The notes beneath the pieces were generated by a model that did no database searches, was not told where the DNA came from, and worked only from the letters and a program-made list of their open reading frames with translations. The translations under genes were made by a program, and so were the position numbers. From Anaeramoeba ignava BMAN (taxonomy: Eukaryota > Protista > Anaeramoebae), in NCBI GenBank assembly GCA_028826165.1, contig JAPDFW010000076.1, positions 351,892-415,891 on the forward strand: a stretch of 64,000 nt of DNA, read 5' to 3'. Below are positions 63,158 through 64,000 of this stretch, in pieces; position 1 is the stretch's first letter, and the number at the start of each line of letters is the position of its first letter.

Positions 63158-64000
63158 TTAATCTTCTTTCTTTTTCTCTTTTCCTGAAATAAATTGTTCT
63201 AATTTAAATCTTTCTGGTGATAAATTTATCATTGGTTTTTCAATCAATAAAAATGTAATTATTGAAATAGGATAAACAACTAAAGTAGTTTTTAAAATCA
63301 AAAGAAAACTATTTCTAGTATCAATCCAATCAAATCCAAATTTTTTGATTATATCAACTTCCAAAAGAAAAATAGGAACCAATTCAGTCAAATATAAAGA
63401 ATAAGAAAGATTTGAGAAAGGAATCCAAATTTTTAAAGAAAGAAAATAATTGAAAAAATTTCCAAAAATTCCTGCTTTGTTGATAATAAGTAATATTAAT
63501 AAAGAAGCACCTATTGAATTGATAATTCTGTTAAAAGAAAATAATCGAATGATAATTTGTTGAAGAACTGTAATATTTTCTATTTGAATATTTGAAGTAT
63601 AATGAGTTGTTCTGAGAATAAATAAAGATGAAAATAAAATCAATCCAATCAAAAGAATCATTAATCTAAATGGTTTGGATTTCTGACATTTTTCAGGAAA
63701 AGATGTTCTGTATTGAATAAAAGCAGCAAAACACCCAATAAGAATTAATGGGAATCTTGAATGAAATCCAAAATACAAAAACCACAACCCCAAATTTTTG
63801 ATCAAGAGATTCTGGATGATTGAAAACAAAATTTCCTGTTTCTGGCTCGAAATGAAAAAGTGTGCAAAGTTGCTCATCCCAAGGTTCAGTGTATAAAGGG
63901 TATCTATGGAACTCTGGAACAAAAATCACATACAGCAAATAGAAAATCAAAGCAATCACAAATATCTTTATCAATAATTTGCAGGGAATCTCCTGTTTTC
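63158..64000 (-). CDS. Acyltransferase-3 family (NRF-6-like) membrane O-acyltransferase, 5' partial, probable frameshift near 63790
   Basis: FHSRF..ILIG, LSLKIWIPFSNLSYSLYL and FLLIEKP motifs; multiple TM segments. Confidence 0.75.

Noticed and set aside
49460-63791. Programmed frameshifting at ~49465, ~61248 and ~63790
   Set aside because: All are single extra bases in homopolymer runs within otherwise intact genes. Long-read error is the simplest explanation, though true pseudogenisation cannot be excluded without reads.

Overview
Extremely AT-rich, gene-dense eukaryotic (protist) genomic DNA with GT-AG spliceosomal introns, many inflated by simple A/T repeats. Gene content (Rab-BTB, ankyrin-BTB, SatP-type acetate transporter, TCATTT initiator-like motifs) suggests an anaerobic metamonad such as Anaeramoeba; this is inference, not verified. 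Housekeeping genes, assembled exon by exon: mitochondrial carrier, dynein intermediate chain, RPL7, RCC1/U-box E3, secreted GH13 alpha-amylase, 14-3-3, MED4, CTU1, an acyltransferase-3, two tRNA-Ser(GCT) and one 5S rRNA. Highlights: (1) a 2,647-bp TA-flanked DNA transposon with perfect 28-bp TIRs in an amylase intron, whose decayed interior still reads as a pogo-type DDE transposase followed by a Ulp1/SENP8-like (C48) cysteine protease; (2) five intronless paralogues of a 7-bladed FG-GAP propeller + FN3 + TM surface receptor with loop-focused variability; (3) a Rab-BTB-BTB-CaaX gene and a truncated copy nested antisense in the acetate transporter intron; (4) tRNA-anchored ~323-bp AT satellite arrays; (5) an A-to-T synonymous-site switch across exons and a motif shared by unrelated introns. 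All family assignments come from motif recognition by eye; no searches were run.
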